Shown: positions 30,390 to 41,570, counted from the stretch's first letter. The stretch is DNA of 64,000 bases from Candidatus Heimdallarchaeum endolithica (GCA_021513715.1 CP084167.1:2240001-2304000), one strand, 5' to 3'. Numbers and translations are program-made. The notes: generated by a model from the letters alone, not told the origin.

Positions 30390-30467
30390 GGGGCAGTAGT
30401 TTAGCTCGGTCGATGATCGTGGACTGTCACTCCATGGACCCGGGTTCAAATCCCGGCTGCCTCGCCA
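30390..30467 (+). tRNA. tRNA-Asp(GTC), CCA encoded
   Basis: GGGGCAG/CTGCCTC acceptor; GTGGA-CTGTCAC-TCCAT. Confidence 0.93.
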
Positions 30468-30503
30468 CTCATTTCTTTAGTTTGTTGTTTTGTTAATGTG
30501 TGT

Positions 30504-30686
30504 TTATGAGAAGAAAAAGTCTTTAATATTTTCTTCAGCCCAATCTATCATACTTGATACTACTGTAAAAACTATAATAAAAATAAAAATGGCAATGCCT
30601 ATAAGTAATATTTCCTCTAAAATTGGTGAACCTTTTTTATTTTTTAGTATGAGTTTAAAATTTTTTATTATATTCTTCATTTTCAC
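30504..30686 (-). CDS. small type IV pilin-like protein (class III signal peptide)
   Basis: 'NKKG|SPILEEILLIGIAIFIF' followed by a hydrophobic helix; next to Tad-like genes. Confidence 0.75.
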   Translation of the reverse strand: MKMKNIIKNFKLILKNKKGSPILEEILLIGIAIFIFIIVFTVVSSMIDWAEENIKDFFFS

Positions 30687-30739
30687 TAGTTATTATGGTT
30701 AAAGAATTATATAAGCACCACATTTTTTATTTATAAAAA

Positions 30740-30824
30740 TGGTGAGGAGAGGGAGATTCGAACTCCCGAACCACTAAGGACTGGGTCCTCATCCCAGCGC
30801 CTTTGACCGCTCGGCAATCTCCTC
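30740..30824 (-). tRNA. tRNA-Leu(GAG), CCA encoded
   Basis: GAGGAGA/TCTCCTC acceptor; CTGGG-ATGAGGA-CCCAG. Confidence 0.92.
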
Positions 30825-30935
30825 TTCTCTTGTATTATGAGCCAAAAGGAGATTTTTAAGTTTGTCGGTACTTAATTAAGTTGTTTTAATTTTCAAAGTT
30901 GCAGTTTAATTAGATGAAACTTTTAAGTTAGTTTT

Positions 30936-31565
30936 TTAAAAAGTAACGACACCTCCAAAGAGTATTTTTATACTTAAAACAATTGCGACATGAACTATGG
31001 AGGTTATAATTAATTTTAAACTAATTCGGTTCTCTTTGCTAATGGATAATAAAAAATAATTATTCAGTAGATTAATTAGTAGGAAGGATATTGACATTGG
31101 AGAAAGTAGATTAAATGTATATTTTGAATATCCGTTTTTTAAAAAAGAATAAATTCCTGAGAAAAACGGGGCTATTCCCCCAATAATGGCAATAGTTACT
31201 AGAGTAATGATTCTAATGATTTTTAATCTTCGATTTAATATTTTTACTAGATTTTCCTTTTCTTTTATTGCTTCATTTCGTTTTTTTATAAGATTAGCTA
31301 CTGTTTTTATCCTAGTTACATTTTCCCTGTAATCAGCATTAGATGCTGAACCAAGTAAACTAATAATAACTGGATATTGAAACTCTACAAGTGACAGAGC
31401 TTCTATTGGATTAGACCCAAGTTGTATCTCTAATAATACATCTCTTGACATGTACGGAATCCCGAATATTGCTTGTTCAATATTATAACCCTCTTCTAAC
31501 AAAGTTGCTATATCGTTTAGAAAAGTATCATCAGAAATGTTCAGTTTTATCATTTTTTTCACCAA
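30936..31565 (-). CDS. TadB/TadC-like membrane platform protein
   Basis: TM pattern, 'LLEEGYNIEQA', operon with secretion ATPase. Confidence 0.6.
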   Translation of the reverse strand: MVKKMIKLNISDDTFLNDIATLLEEGYNIEQAIFGIPYMSRDVLLEIQLGSNPIEALSLVEFQYPVIISLLGSASNADYRENVTRIKTVANLIKKRNEAIKEKENLVKILNRRLKIIRIITLVTIAIIGGIAPFFSGIYSFLKNGYSKYTFNLLSPMSISFLLINLLNNYFLLSISKENRISLKLIITSIVHVAIVLSIKILFGGVVTF

Positions 31566-32382
31566 AATTATTAAATTGTATAAATTGTAGAATTAAGGAT
31601 CCTATTAAGGAATACAATAATGGAAATAGAAAAATAAGAAAAGAATCACTAGAAAGAACTATAGACACAATAAGGCTTAAAATTAAAGGTAGTAGTGAAG
31701 AAAAAGCGATGAATATTGATATATTATCTTCAATAGCATTCATCTCTCTTTTTATTTTATTCAGAAAATAAGGGTCTGATTCAATAAAAGATTCTTTTCT
31801 CGCTATTCTTGAAAATGCTTGTTGATATTCCTTATATTCAAAAAAGTTTTTTTCTTCTTCCAAGACATGTGTTTCACTTTCGTTTAAGTTTAATTGAAAC
31901 ATCAAGTTTTTTTGGAAATTTTTTAATTTCAAATTTTGAACATCAAAATCATTAATCATCTCAAGAGCAAAAGGTAATGACTGAATCGCTGTCATGCTCA
32001 TCGAAAGTGAGTTAATAAATAAAAATGTCTGTTCATCAAATTTGCTTTTTTGTCTTAAAATTGATGATATTGTTGACAATGCAGATATTTCTACAATTGT
32101 AATATATGTGATTATTGAGATGACTATTGTCAATAGAAGATTTACTTTAATAACTAGTAATTGAATTATCAAAATGGAGATTGAGGAAAAAAAAGCTATG
32201 TTGCTTCTTCTCACAAGTTTCTTAATGTGTTCTGGAAAAATAAACGCTTTTACTTTTTTGAATTGAATGTTAACTAATAAAGTTTCAACAACAATTTTTG
32301 ATATTATATTATAAAATTTCTCACTTTCAGAATTTTTAATTGTGTATTCCTTCAGTATCAACACCTCTTTTTTTTGCTTCAC
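31531..32382 (-). CDS. TadB/TadC-like membrane platform protein
   Basis: TM pattern; overlaps the ATPase stop. Confidence 0.6.
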   Translation of the reverse strand: MKQKKEVLILKEYTIKNSESEKFYNIISKIVVETLLVNIQFKKVKAFIFPEHIKKLVRRSNIAFFSSISILIIQLLVIKVNLLLTIVISIITYITIVEISALSTISSILRQKSKFDEQTFLFINSLSMSMTAIQSLPFALEMINDFDVQNLKLKNFQKNLMFQLNLNESETHVLEEEKNFFEYKEYQQAFSRIARKESFIESDPYFLNKIKREMNAIEDNISIFIAFSSLLPLILSLIVSIVLSSDSFLIFLFPLLYSLIGSLILQFIQFNNFGEKNDKTEHF

Positions 32383-33746
32383 TGTAATTCCCTTTCTTTC
32401 AATAAAATCTGTTCATATCTTTTTGATAATATTGAGTTGGTTCGTAAACTTTCACGAATTTGAGTCAATTTCCATGCTTTGTCGTATATTTTTTGATAAA
32501 AAGAGGAAGAGTTGTTACTGTTTTTATTATTTATCTCAAATATTTCTTTAATAACTCGTGATATTTTTCCATCATTAGTAATTTTTCTTTCCATTACTAT
32601 TATTACTTCTAATGAAAGAAAATCCTCCGCTGAGACACCATAGTTTGACCATCTTCTGATTAATTTTTCAAAAGAATCAGAGTGAGCTGTTTGAATCCCT
32701 TTTAATCCTGAATTTAGAGCTTCAAACATAGCTTTTGTATGCTCTCTTGTTTGTATCTCCCCTAGATATATCCAATCTGGAGATCTATGCAATAATTTTA
32801 GGATTTCTGAAGTTTTATTATAATTCGATTTATTTGAATCAAAAGAATCTACTTGTATTACTGTTTGTTTGTAACCTAATCCCTTTTGACTAATTGATTC
32901 TATTGCATCTTCAATCACAATTTTTCTCCAAAATTTTGGGGTGTATAAATCAATTGCATTAGCTAGCGTAGTTTTACCAGCATTAGGTTCCCCTATTATG
33001 GTTATGTTTTTTCTTTGATTGACAGTTTCAATGAGGTAAGCTCCAATTATTGGAGGAAATGATCCTAAATTAATTAAGTCCTTAAGTGTAAATGGATTTG
33101 CCTTTATTTTTCTTATATTTACTGTTGGACCGTTTGGTGATAGTGGTGGGAAATCAATTGCTACTCTTAAATGGAAGTATTGTGATAGTAATTCTACTTT
33201 TAATGAGGGATTTTTATATGATATTGAAATTGGGTGCTCTAGTTTTATTCTTGAAATTAAAGCTTGCATCTCTTCTTCTGACAAAAATATTGTTGTTTCA
33301 CAACGTCCAAAAAATTGATGATCAATATATATCGCTGTTTTTGCACTATCTATATAGATTTCATTAATTGTATTATCATAGAAAAGCGGCATTAGTTTAT
33401 AAAGTTTAATTAATTTATACGTAAATATTTCAACTATAATGTCTTTGTTATCTACAGTCGATTGTTCTTTTTCCAATCTACTAAGAATAATGGATGATAT
33501 TGTTTTTATTAACTCATCTAATTTTAAAATTTTGTTGCTTAAACGATCTTTCATATTATATAGCATATCTACTAATTCAGAAAATAAGAAGGTATATTCG
33601 TCAAAATCAAAAATTGTTTCAGGTAAATAATAGTGTTTACCGTTGGATCTAATTATTTTTACATTAAAACCTCTGATTTTGTAACTTGCTATGATTTTTT
33701 CATCACTATCCTCTTTATTTTTTTCTAACTCAGTTATTTGTCTCAT
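32379..33746 (-). CDS. type II/IV secretion ATPase (TadA/VirB11/FlaI family)
   Basis: GEPNAGKTT, IED..E, 'RSPDWIYLGEI', TAH. Confidence 0.92.
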   Translation of the reverse strand: MRQITELEKNKEDSDEKIIASYKIRGFNVKIIRSNGKHYYLPETIFDFDEYTFLFSELVDMLYNMKDRLSNKILKLDELIKTISSIILSRLEKEQSTVDNKDIIVEIFTYKLIKLYKLMPLFYDNTINEIYIDSAKTAIYIDHQFFGRCETTIFLSEEEMQALISRIKLEHPISISYKNPSLKVELLSQYFHLRVAIDFPPLSPNGPTVNIRKIKANPFTLKDLINLGSFPPIIGAYLIETVNQRKNITIIGEPNAGKTTLANAIDLYTPKFWRKIVIEDAIESISQKGLGYKQTVIQVDSFDSNKSNYNKTSEILKLLHRSPDWIYLGEIQTREHTKAMFEALNSGLKGIQTAHSDSFEKLIRRWSNYGVSAEDFLSLEVIIVMERKITNDGKISRVIKEIFEINNKNSNNSSSFYQKIYDKAWKLTQIRESLRTNSILSKRYEQILLKERELQ

Positions 33747-33857
33747 ATTCTCTTGTTATTATTAGATTAACATTTATCAACACCACAAAATTTTCTAACT
33801 ATTCATTTATGTGTTTCAACGTTAGATCTCAACAATTATTTAATAGAAAAATATTTA

Positions 33858-34898
33858 TCAAGAAAAGTTTGAATTTAATTTTCTTGATATTTCTTCAAAT
33901 ATATTTTCATGATTATATTTGAAAATTAACTCTGAATGTTCTCTTACAGTGAACTCTGCAACGTTTGTAGCTCTACCCACTAATTTTTGTGTAAACGCTG
34001 ATGATGTGTTCATTTCACGTGCAAATAATTTGTCTGCAGTATAAGCTGTTGCTGCAGCAAAGGGGTAGGGCCGTCTGCTCCCTCTATCCTTGTTTGGGAT
34101 TTTAGCAAGAATTTTGAAGCAAGCTAGTTGTAATATCTTTTCATATACGAATGATTCAATTTTATACTTTGCTTCAATTCTTTCTTTAATTTCGGGATGC
34201 GAACAAATTAAGTAACTTACTCTGGAAATATATTCCTCACTTCTTCTAATTTTTGAGGATGGTAATTTTATATTTAGCGTCTGCATTAAACTTATGATCT
34301 TTTTTCCTGAGACACGATGCCCCAGTTCACTATATGTTTGTACTATTTCTTTAAATTGCACTGGACATGTATTTTTTGATTCTCTTACCGCTAATAATAA
34401 TGATATAGCAGACAAAACGACATGATTGTTAATTTCCTTTCTAAATTCTCTTTTGTATTTTTTAAATAGGAATATAGCTCTATTATTTACTTGTTCTGGG
34501 ATATCTAGTATTTTACAAACCTTATTCATTATCGTGAGAGATCTATGCATAGTCTCTTTTCCTTTTACTGCACTAGCAACATGATATAGATTCTTGAATT
34601 TCCTAAATTGCTCCTGTTTCAATGGTGAAAGTGAGGTTCCATATGTGTCTTTAAAGTAATATTCTTTGATTGTACCTATCGAAGATCCGAGTGAACTTAC
34701 TGTTGCAAGCTGATTGTCAATTGCCGTATATTGTGTCTTTCTTCTTTTTAAAGGCTCTTCTATTATTCCTAGTTGATAATTGCTACTTTCATACACTGCT
34801 CCTAATTCTAGGCCACAATTAGGACAAACATATCTTCCTGTTTCTTCTATAATCCTTGAATTGCATTCATCACAATATAATTCTGCCATTTTTCCCAA
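33858..34898 (-). CDS. tfb: transcription initiation factor IIB family protein (divergent)
   Basis: N-terminal Zn ribbon CDEC..CPNCG, cyclin folds, 'TQKLVG...VAEFTVRE'. Confidence 0.8.
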   Translation of the reverse strand: MGKMAELYCDECNSRIIEETGRYVCPNCGLELGAVYESSNYQLGIIEEPLKRRKTQYTAIDNQLATVSSLGSSIGTIKEYYFKDTYGTSLSPLKQEQFRKFKNLYHVASAVKGKETMHRSLTIMNKVCKILDIPEQVNNRAIFLFKKYKREFRKEINNHVVLSAISLLLAVRESKNTCPVQFKEIVQTYSELGHRVSGKKIISLMQTLNIKLPSSKIRRSEEYISRVSYLICSHPEIKERIEAKYKIESFVYEKILQLACFKILAKIPNKDRGSRRPYPFAAATAYTADKLFAREMNTSSAFTQKLVGRATNVAEFTVREHSELIFKYNHENIFEEISRKLNSNFS

Positions 34899-35186
34899 GA
34901 GAACTACTAAAACAAAATTAATTAAACTATTTTTTATTATTCTAGAAGGTTTTTATTATATTTGACCGATTCAAATTAGCTTTCTTGTTCCTATAACTGA
35001 TAGTTTCGTCCATATGGGGGAGGTGACTGAAATTAATATCTGTTTAGTTAAATGTGTCTCTTAAAATGTTGTCGCGTTCTTTGCACATTTTCTAAAGAGT
35101 CTTGTTTTTATTCATTTCATCTTTCCAAGTAAAAGCAAGATTATCAACTAATATTAAATTAAATAATGTTAGAATCGTTGGAGTAT

Positions 35187-35618
35187 TTACTCATTTTTTT
35201 GATGATATAAAAACTGTTTAATTCTTTCTTCTATATCTTTATTTTCTTTTTCATTAAGAAAACAAACAAATTTTATGATGGCTTCACTTGATTGTTCTGA
35301 AATAATATGTTCAATTGCACATGCATCTTGTAAGGCGATTTCTTTATCAATTTGTAAAAATAGTAAAAAATCTTCTATTGCTTGATGTCTTTGTAAGAGT
35401 TGTTTGGCCACAGATAAACCTTTTTCTGTAATAACAACTCCCTTATATTTCTTATATTTGATTAATCCTTCCTCATGTAGTTTTTGAACCATTTCTGTAA
35501 CTGATGACAAACTTTGTAGTTTAAGTCTTTTTTTGATTTCACTCACTTTAGCTATCCCTTTTTCCGAACAGATATCATAAATAATTTCAATATATTCCTC
35601 TTTTCTTATTGTATTCAT
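35187..35618 (-). CDS. DtxR/MntR metal-dependent regulator
   Basis: 'EEYIEIIY', 'SVTEMVQKL', 'DACAIEH'. Confidence 0.92.
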   Translation of the reverse strand: MNTIRKEEYIEIIYDICSEKGIAKVSEIKKRLKLQSLSSVTEMVQKLHEEGLIKYKKYKGVVITEKGLSVAKQLLQRHQAIEDFLLFLQIDKEIALQDACAIEHIISEQSSEAIIKFVCFLNEKENKDIEERIKQFLYHQKNE

Positions 35619-35718
35619 TTTATTCGACTACTTATTTAGGTGAGTTTTTTTTATTAATATATTCTTTTTTATAATAAAAATTGCGTGGTTTATAAATGTT
35701 CATTTTCTTAGAAAATTA

Positions 35719-38631
35719 ATGAAATTAAAATCTAATCCACTTACTCATCCATTAGTAATTATAATTATTGTTATTATTATGTTCAATCAATTTGTTGCCT
35801 TTTCTGTACTCAATTTATTAAATGAACATTCAGAATCTATTTCTGTTTCTTCTAATCACACAAGAACAGTTATTCCTGAAACACAAACCACATATCTTGG
35901 AACAAATATCTCCCCAACGCAAACAGTTTCTTCTAATTCTTCAGTAGTTCACTTGAAAAATTCAGCATATCTTGATAAAACTACTAACATTGATTACAAT
36001 GAAACTACATCCAATTTTGCACCAGAAATTGGATTGAATGGTAGTTATAAAAGTGAAATAAAGCATTTGAATATATCGGAACAAGAAACAGGAATGACAC
36101 TCCCTGAAGAAGGAGACTATTTTCTTGTGGGTAATGTTTCAAATTTAAAAACTAATATAATTCAAAACTCTGGGGCAGAAACGACAGAGGACTTTTACGC
36201 AAATAACTCAGACCATACTGGGATTCAATTACAGCGCGCTCTTGCAAATAATAGTTTTTTTGGTAATTATTCGTGGAAGATCTATGCTAATAATACTACT
36301 TCTTTAAAGTATTCAACCTATATGAAGGATTTATTAGTTTTTGGTCGAAATATTATTCTTTCTTATGACTACAAATTTGATAGTAATTCTTCAATTCAAA
36401 ATGTCATAAACTCTACAGTTATTTTCGATTTTACTTTTGATACTTGTAGGGTGGCAATATATAACTGGGTTTATAGTAATGTAGGGTTGGAACAAGTGGG
36501 CCAAAATGATACTTCTGGTGATTATGATACTTTTAAATTTGTAAGAAATACAACGTGGGATGATAATTGGAATAGTTTATCCTTAAATCTATCTGCAATA
36601 TTATCAGATTTTTCCTCAAATATTCCTTCTCAGTTAGAAGGTTTTAGTGTTTTTGTGATCTCGCCAGAACAATCTGAAAGTTCATTTTTTTTTGATAATC
36701 TTAAAATAGAATCTCGACCCCTTGCTGAAGAGATTGAACTTAAATTAAATGAAACTTCGGTTAACAGTATTAATGATCTAGTAGGATCATTTTCAATTCA
36801 AGTACATGTAGAAGAGAAAACAAATGTTAATCTTACTATTTCATTGAATTCTTCGTACCCTATTGAAGGGGAGTTCAGTTTACAAGCTATTGGAAATATT
36901 ACATTGTCTTCCAAAAAACGACTATTACTTGTCCCACCTGAAAAAATTTTATTCAATATTTCAATAGATAATATTATTGCCGGAATTTTTGGTGTTATTG
37001 TTGTTGTTCCACTAAACTGGACTCTAGTGGATTATAATACACAGTATGTCACTTCCATCTTTGTCAATGAATTTGAAGATTCTAATCAATATAGACTGTT
37101 AATTTGTAATATAACTAGCTTAATAATGATATTTTCTATCCAAAATAACGTTAGAAGTGTCACTCTCTCGTCTTCTAGTATATTTGAAACCCTTGAAGTA
37201 GAATTTAACTTTACTTTCAATAGTCTTTTAATTGAATCAGATCTTTTTTGGATTGGGTCTGTAAGTGGGGGCGCTGTTGTAGATATTCAAAATAACACGC
37301 TTGAATATTGTTTTCCTTCTGTTATTCCAAGAGGAGAATATTCAATAACTTTTTTGAATCTTAACTCAACCATTTTTTATTATACATGTAATATCAATTT
37401 GACTCGTTATGCCTCAGATGTTACTATTGTGGATAACTTATCTCTACCGCAATATGGTAGTACACCCATTCATTTTTCTTATTATGGGTTGGAAAAGAAT
37501 ATCTCGATTGTGAATTCTTCAATTTATATATTTCTTGATGATACAAAAATCTATTCTTTCTCAAATGTAACAGAAACAGACTTTATTATATCAATGTTTT
37601 ATTCTAATTTAGGTGCTCATACCGTCAAAATTATAGCTTTTTCTGCATTTCATGCATCAGTCATTAAGACTGTTTCTATTATCTCATATGAAAATCCTCT
37701 TAACATTGATCTTGATTATTTTTCTTCTAATGATAGGTATTATTCAATAAATCTAAATGTCTCTTCTGATGGTTTTCCTGTTGCTTTTGCTCCTCTAAAA
37801 TATTATGTGGGCAATATATCTAGTTCTGGCTCTATTTTCTCTGGTATTACTAATGAAATGGGTTTTTTCCAAAATAAAATTTTAATTCCTCTTACTGTTT
37901 TGTCTATTAATATAACTCTAGAAATTATGCGCTATTCCTCGATCATTAAAACGAAAACATTTACAATAACTAATCAAATACTTCAAGTTAATGCAAATAA
38001 GACTGATGATGAACTATTACTTGGTAATAATGTTACATTTTCTTATTGGATCAAATATAGTACTCAAAACGATAGATGGTTTTTACCTAAAGTTAATGAT
38101 GTCCCTCTTATTCTCGATGCTTACATTAATACAGGATTGTTTATTATCCCTGTTACGTGGGATAATACATCTTTTTATTGGCAAATTAAAGCAAATAGTT
38201 CTATATATTCACATAAGCTGGTTATCATTTGTAAGGGACCTCAATTAAATGTTAAATCCTATATTAGCGATAATGAAATTCAATTTCAGTTAAATATTTA
38301 TGCTTCTTATTTATACAAAAACGCCTCTATTCTCTTATATTCAAATAGTAATGTTTCTCTTAATTCATTTAATTGGAAACTTACTAATTCAAATGGAGTA
38401 GAAATTACTGATAAATACGAAATAGTCATTTTTCATTCCTATGTTAAAATTAATGGGATTGAACTTGCTGAGGGGACCTATTTGCTGCTTAATCTAATTG
38501 GTGTTAATAATAGTTTTAATAATAGAGCCCTCTTAATATCTTTCGCTATTGGTTCTTTCGCTATCTCATCTATTAGCTTTGTTGGAATTAAATTTTACAA
38601 AAAGAGAAAAAGCTTAAGCATTGAACTATGA
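35719..38631 (+). CDS. large secreted/membrane-anchored glycoprotein (970 aa)
   Basis: N-terminal hydrophobic helix, many NxS/T sequons, C-terminal TM plus KKRK tail. Confidence 0.75.
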   Translation: MKLKSNPLTHPLVIIIIVIIMFNQFVAFSVLNLLNEHSESISVSSNHTRTVIPETQTTYLGTNISPTQTVSSNSSVVHLKNSAYLDKTTNIDYNETTSNFAPEIGLNGSYKSEIKHLNISEQETGMTLPEEGDYFLVGNVSNLKTNIIQNSGAETTEDFYANNSDHTGIQLQRALANNSFFGNYSWKIYANNTTSLKYSTYMKDLLVFGRNIILSYDYKFDSNSSIQNVINSTVIFDFTFDTCRVAIYNWVYSNVGLEQVGQNDTSGDYDTFKFVRNTTWDDNWNSLSLNLSAILSDFSSNIPSQLEGFSVFVISPEQSESSFFFDNLKIESRPLAEEIELKLNETSVNSINDLVGSFSIQVHVEEKTNVNLTISLNSSYPIEGEFSLQAIGNITLSSKKRLLLVPPEKILFNISIDNIIAGIFGVIVVVPLNWTLVDYNTQYVTSIFVNEFEDSNQYRLLICNITSLIMIFSIQNNVRSVTLSSSSIFETLEVEFNFTFNSLLIESDLFWIGSVSGGAVVDIQNNTLEYCFPSVIPRGEYSITFLNLNSTIFYYTCNINLTRYASDVTIVDNLSLPQYGSTPIHFSYYGLEKNISIVNSSIYIFLDDTKIYSFSNVTETDFIISMFYSNLGAHTVKIIAFSAFHASVIKTVSIISYENPLNIDLDYFSSNDRYYSINLNVSSDGFPVAFAPLKYYVGNISSSGSIFSGITNEMGFFQNKILIPLTVLSINITLEIMRYSSIIKTKTFTITNQILQVNANKTDDELLLGNNVTFSYWIKYSTQNDRWFLPKVNDVPLILDAYINTGLFIIPVTWDNTSFYWQIKANSSIYSHKLVIICKGPQLNVKSYISDNEIQFQLNIYASYLYKNASILLYSNSNVSLNSFNWKLTNSNGVEITDKYEIVIFHSYVKINGIELAEGTYLLLNLIGVNNSFNNRALLISFAIGSFAISSISFVGIKFYKKRKSLSIEL

Positions 38632-38637
38632 TCTTTC

Positions 38638-39084
38638 TTATATCTTGTTTTGATTAAATTTCTTAACTATGTCTTTTGCTTCATTTTCGTTTAATTGCTT
38701 CTGTGATGGAAAATCAAATAAACTGTCATTTGGATATCTTGGTACAATATGAAAATGAACATGGGGAACAATTTGCCCTGCCTCTCTTCCATTGTTTTGC
38801 CATATATTTATTCCTGTTGCATTTGTTATCTTTTTTATTTGTTTAACTATGTAAGGTAATTTTTTAAGGAAATCAATGTCTTCTTCTGGGACTTTGTCAA
38901 TTGTTTCGTAATGTTTTTTGGGTACAAATAGACTGTGACCAAAAGAAACTGGGTATGCATCCAAAAATACTATTACTTTCTCATCTTCAAATAATGTATA
39001 AGTGGGTATTTGTCCGCTAACTATTTTACAAAAAATACAGTCTTGACTCATATTAATCAAATTAATATATTTTTTTAGCTTCAA
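38638..39084 (-). CDS. HIT family hydrolase
   Basis: DCIFCKI, HVHFHIVPR. Confidence 0.95.
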   Translation of the reverse strand: MKLKKYINLINMSQDCIFCKIVSGQIPTYTLFEDEKVIVFLDAYPVSFGHSLFVPKKHYETIDKVPEEDIDFLKKLPYIVKQIKKITNATGINIWQNNGREAGQIVPHVHFHIVPRYPNDSLFDFPSQKQLNENEAKDIVKKFNQNKI

Positions 39085-39207
39085 ATATTTTCTCTCTTAT
39101 TATTTTTAATATTTTTTTTACTTTAGAAAATTATTACTTAATGTCTTTTATTTCTATTAAAGATATTTTTTGCGCTGAAGAATATTGATTTTTTCACTTT
39201 CAATAAG

Positions 39208-40503
39208 GTGTCCGTATCAACTATAAATACTATGTTCATATTTGTATTTATAGAAAGTAAAATGTACTCATCTGATGAAGATTATTTTAAATTATTAGCT
39301 GAAAAACCTTCCGTAATTAAAAATGAAGGTTATTTATCAATTTCCTTTATTCCTCCTTTACTTCCTCATCGTGAGGAAGAGTTAAGGCTATTGGCAAAGC
39401 AATATAAACATTTAACAAATAACTCCCTAAATTTTAGCCGTTACGCAACTATTACTGGTCCAACCGGTTCTGGTAAAACAACACTCGCAAAAAGGTTTGG
39501 TCAAATTTTGGAAAACGTAGTTAAAATTAAAGGGTTCCGTTTTATATACATAAATTGTCGTATTTATAAAAGCCCTTATTTAATATTTAATGTTCTTCTA
39601 CAAAAACTAAACAAAAATATACCTCAAAGAGGTTATTCTGTTGAAGAATTACAACATTTTTTTGTGAAACATTTACAACAGAATAAGTATAAATTATTAA
39701 TAGTTCTTGATGAAATTGATTACTTAGTCACACGAACTGGAACTGATATTTTGTATTCCTTGTTGAGGATCGGAGAAATATCAAAAGATCAATATGTTTC
39801 CTATATTTTTATAGCTAAAAATACCAATTTTTTGAAATTACTTGACACAAGTACACAAAGTAGTTTTCACTCTAATCACATATCATTAGATCGGTATTCT
39901 GAATCTGATTTAATTGATATTGTTAGATCAAGAGCCGAATTGGCTTTTTATAAAGAGACAGTTACTGATGATGCAATAAGGCTTATTGCAGATATTGCAA
40001 GTAAGACCGGAGATGCTCGATATGCTATTGAACTACTTTGGGGTGCTGGACACTGTTGTGATAATGATAACTCTCCTATTGTTTATCCTGATCATGTAAG
40101 AAAAGCAAAGTCGTTGATTCACCCAGAGTTACGTAAAGAAGTTGTGTTGACACTTTCTATCCATGAGAAACTAACATTATTGTCTATATTGAGAAAGCTT
40201 AAACATACAAAAAATGCATATATTTCAACAAGTGATGCAATAAGCACATATCGCTTGCTTTGCGAAGAGTATGGTGAACATCCTAGAAAACATACTCAGT
40301 TTTGGTCTTATTTGAATGAGCTTTCGAAGCAGGATATTATTAACTGTAAACTTTCTGGAAAAGGGATGAAAGGAAAAACAACGCTCATCAGTGTTCCTGA
40401 TGCTCCTTTAGCATTTATTGAAGATGTTATACTAAAGTCTTTAACGAAGAACAAGAACAAAGGTGAAATAAGTCAAAGAAAGGAGGTTGGTAAAAATAAA
40501 TAG
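39208..40503 (+). CDS. cdc6: Orc1/Cdc6 replication initiator (start probably ATG near 39262)
   Basis: LPHREEE, GPTGSGKT, YINC, LDEID, GDARYAI, C-terminal wHTH. Confidence 0.93.
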   Translation: MSVSTINTMFIFVFIESKMYSSDEDYFKLLAEKPSVIKNEGYLSISFIPPLLPHREEELRLLAKQYKHLTNNSLNFSRYATITGPTGSGKTTLAKRFGQILENVVKIKGFRFIYINCRIYKSPYLIFNVLLQKLNKNIPQRGYSVEELQHFFVKHLQQNKYKLLIVLDEIDYLVTRTGTDILYSLLRIGEISKDQYVSYIFIAKNTNFLKLLDTSTQSSFHSNHISLDRYSESDLIDIVRSRAELAFYKETVTDDAIRLIADIASKTGDARYAIELLWGAGHCCDNDNSPIVYPDHVRKAKSLIHPELRKEVVLTLSIHEKLTLLSILRKLKHTKNAYISTSDAISTYRLLCEEYGEHPRKHTQFWSYLNELSKQDIINCKLSGKGMKGKTTLISVPDAPLAFIEDVILKSLTKNKNKGEISQRKEVGKNK

Positions 40504-40795
40504 CCCGAGTATTAAGTCTTCAAATTCTCCCCCTATAGATGAGGTTTTGTCTTCTCGAGGGAGAGTAAAAATTCTAAAACTTTTAGCTGAAAAAGGAGAA
40601 ATTAACATATCCGCAATATCTAAACAAGTAAAGCTAAATCATGGAGTCGTAGTTAATCACTTAGAATATTTAGTAAAAATTGGTTTGGTGAAAGAAAAAA
40701 CTTTTGGGAGAATTCGAATATTTCAATATCAAGATCAGAATATTAGAGCTCATTCATTAAAACAATTGTTCAACATTTGGGATAACACTGCTTGA
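40487..40795 (+). CDS. ArsR-like winged-helix protein coupled to cdc6
   Basis: 'SRGRVKILKLL...HLEYLVKIGLV...FGRIRIF'. Confidence 0.8.
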   Translation: MVKINSPSIKSSNSPPIDEVLSSRGRVKILKLLAEKGEINISAISKQVKLNHGVVVNHLEYLVKIGLVKEKTFGRIRIFQYQDQNIRAHSLKQLFNIWDNTA

Positions 40796-40992
40796 TAATT
40801 GTATGTTATTATTAATTTACTCGTTTAAAATTTTGATACACACCAACTTAATTCTGTATGAAATAACTGTAAGCCAATTTTGCTTTCAAGGATGGTTTGG
40901 AGAAAAACTATGAAAAAAATTAATTGAATGAGTAAAAAAACATAAAAAGCTGTAAATATTAAAGAAGATAAGATGCAATAAAGGGTTCAAAA

Positions 40993-41556
40993 ATGACTCT
41001 AAATAAATCTCAGGGAAAAAAATACATATTTAAAATTGTCTTACTTGGAGATCCCGGAGTAGGCAAAAGTTCTTTAATTTCAAGATATGTTCATAATCGA
41101 TTTGAATCATCGTATATGATTACTATTGGAGTGGACATTTTAAGTAAGCAACTATTTGTGGGTGAGGATGAAGTATTATTTTTAATTTCAGATATTGGAG
41201 GACAAGAAAGGTTTTCTTCAGTTAGAGAAAAATTTTATCGTGGTTCAAAAGGATGCTTCCTTGTTTTTGATTTAACAAGACCTAACACTTTAGAATCTAT
41301 ACGTGAGTGGAAACGTGGATTAAATGGTGTAGAGGATGATGTAATATTTTTTGTTATTGGTAATAAAGCAGATTTAAAAGATCAAATTGCTGTTGATGAA
41401 GAGGAAGCACTGAATATAGTAAAAGAACTTGATTTACCTATTGACTCATTCTTTATAACTAGTGCTAAAACAGGAGAAAAAGTAGAAGAAGCATTTCAAA
41501 CTTTCGCTCGTGAATTAATAAAAGCAGTAGAAAAGAAACGTATTGAAGTGAGATAA
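40993..41556 (+). CDS. Rab-like small GTPase
   Basis: GDPGVGKS, TIGVD, DIGGQERF, GNKAD, TSAK. Confidence 0.93.
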   Translation: MTLNKSQGKKYIFKIVLLGDPGVGKSSLISRYVHNRFESSYMITIGVDILSKQLFVGEDEVLFLISDIGGQERFSSVREKFYRGSKGCFLVFDLTRPNTLESIREWKRGLNGVEDDVIFFVIGNKADLKDQIAVDEEEALNIVKELDLPIDSFFITSAKTGEKVEEAFQTFARELIKAVEKKRIEVR

Positions 41557-41570
41557 TAAAATTAATCACT

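Noticed and set aside
33800-33840. GATCTCAA as another omegaRNA-like copy
   Set aside because: Only an 8-bp match; none of the other conserved blocks are present
39085-39260. Replication origin beside cdc6
   Set aside because: AT-rich, but no ORB or mini-ORB repeats recognisable by eye
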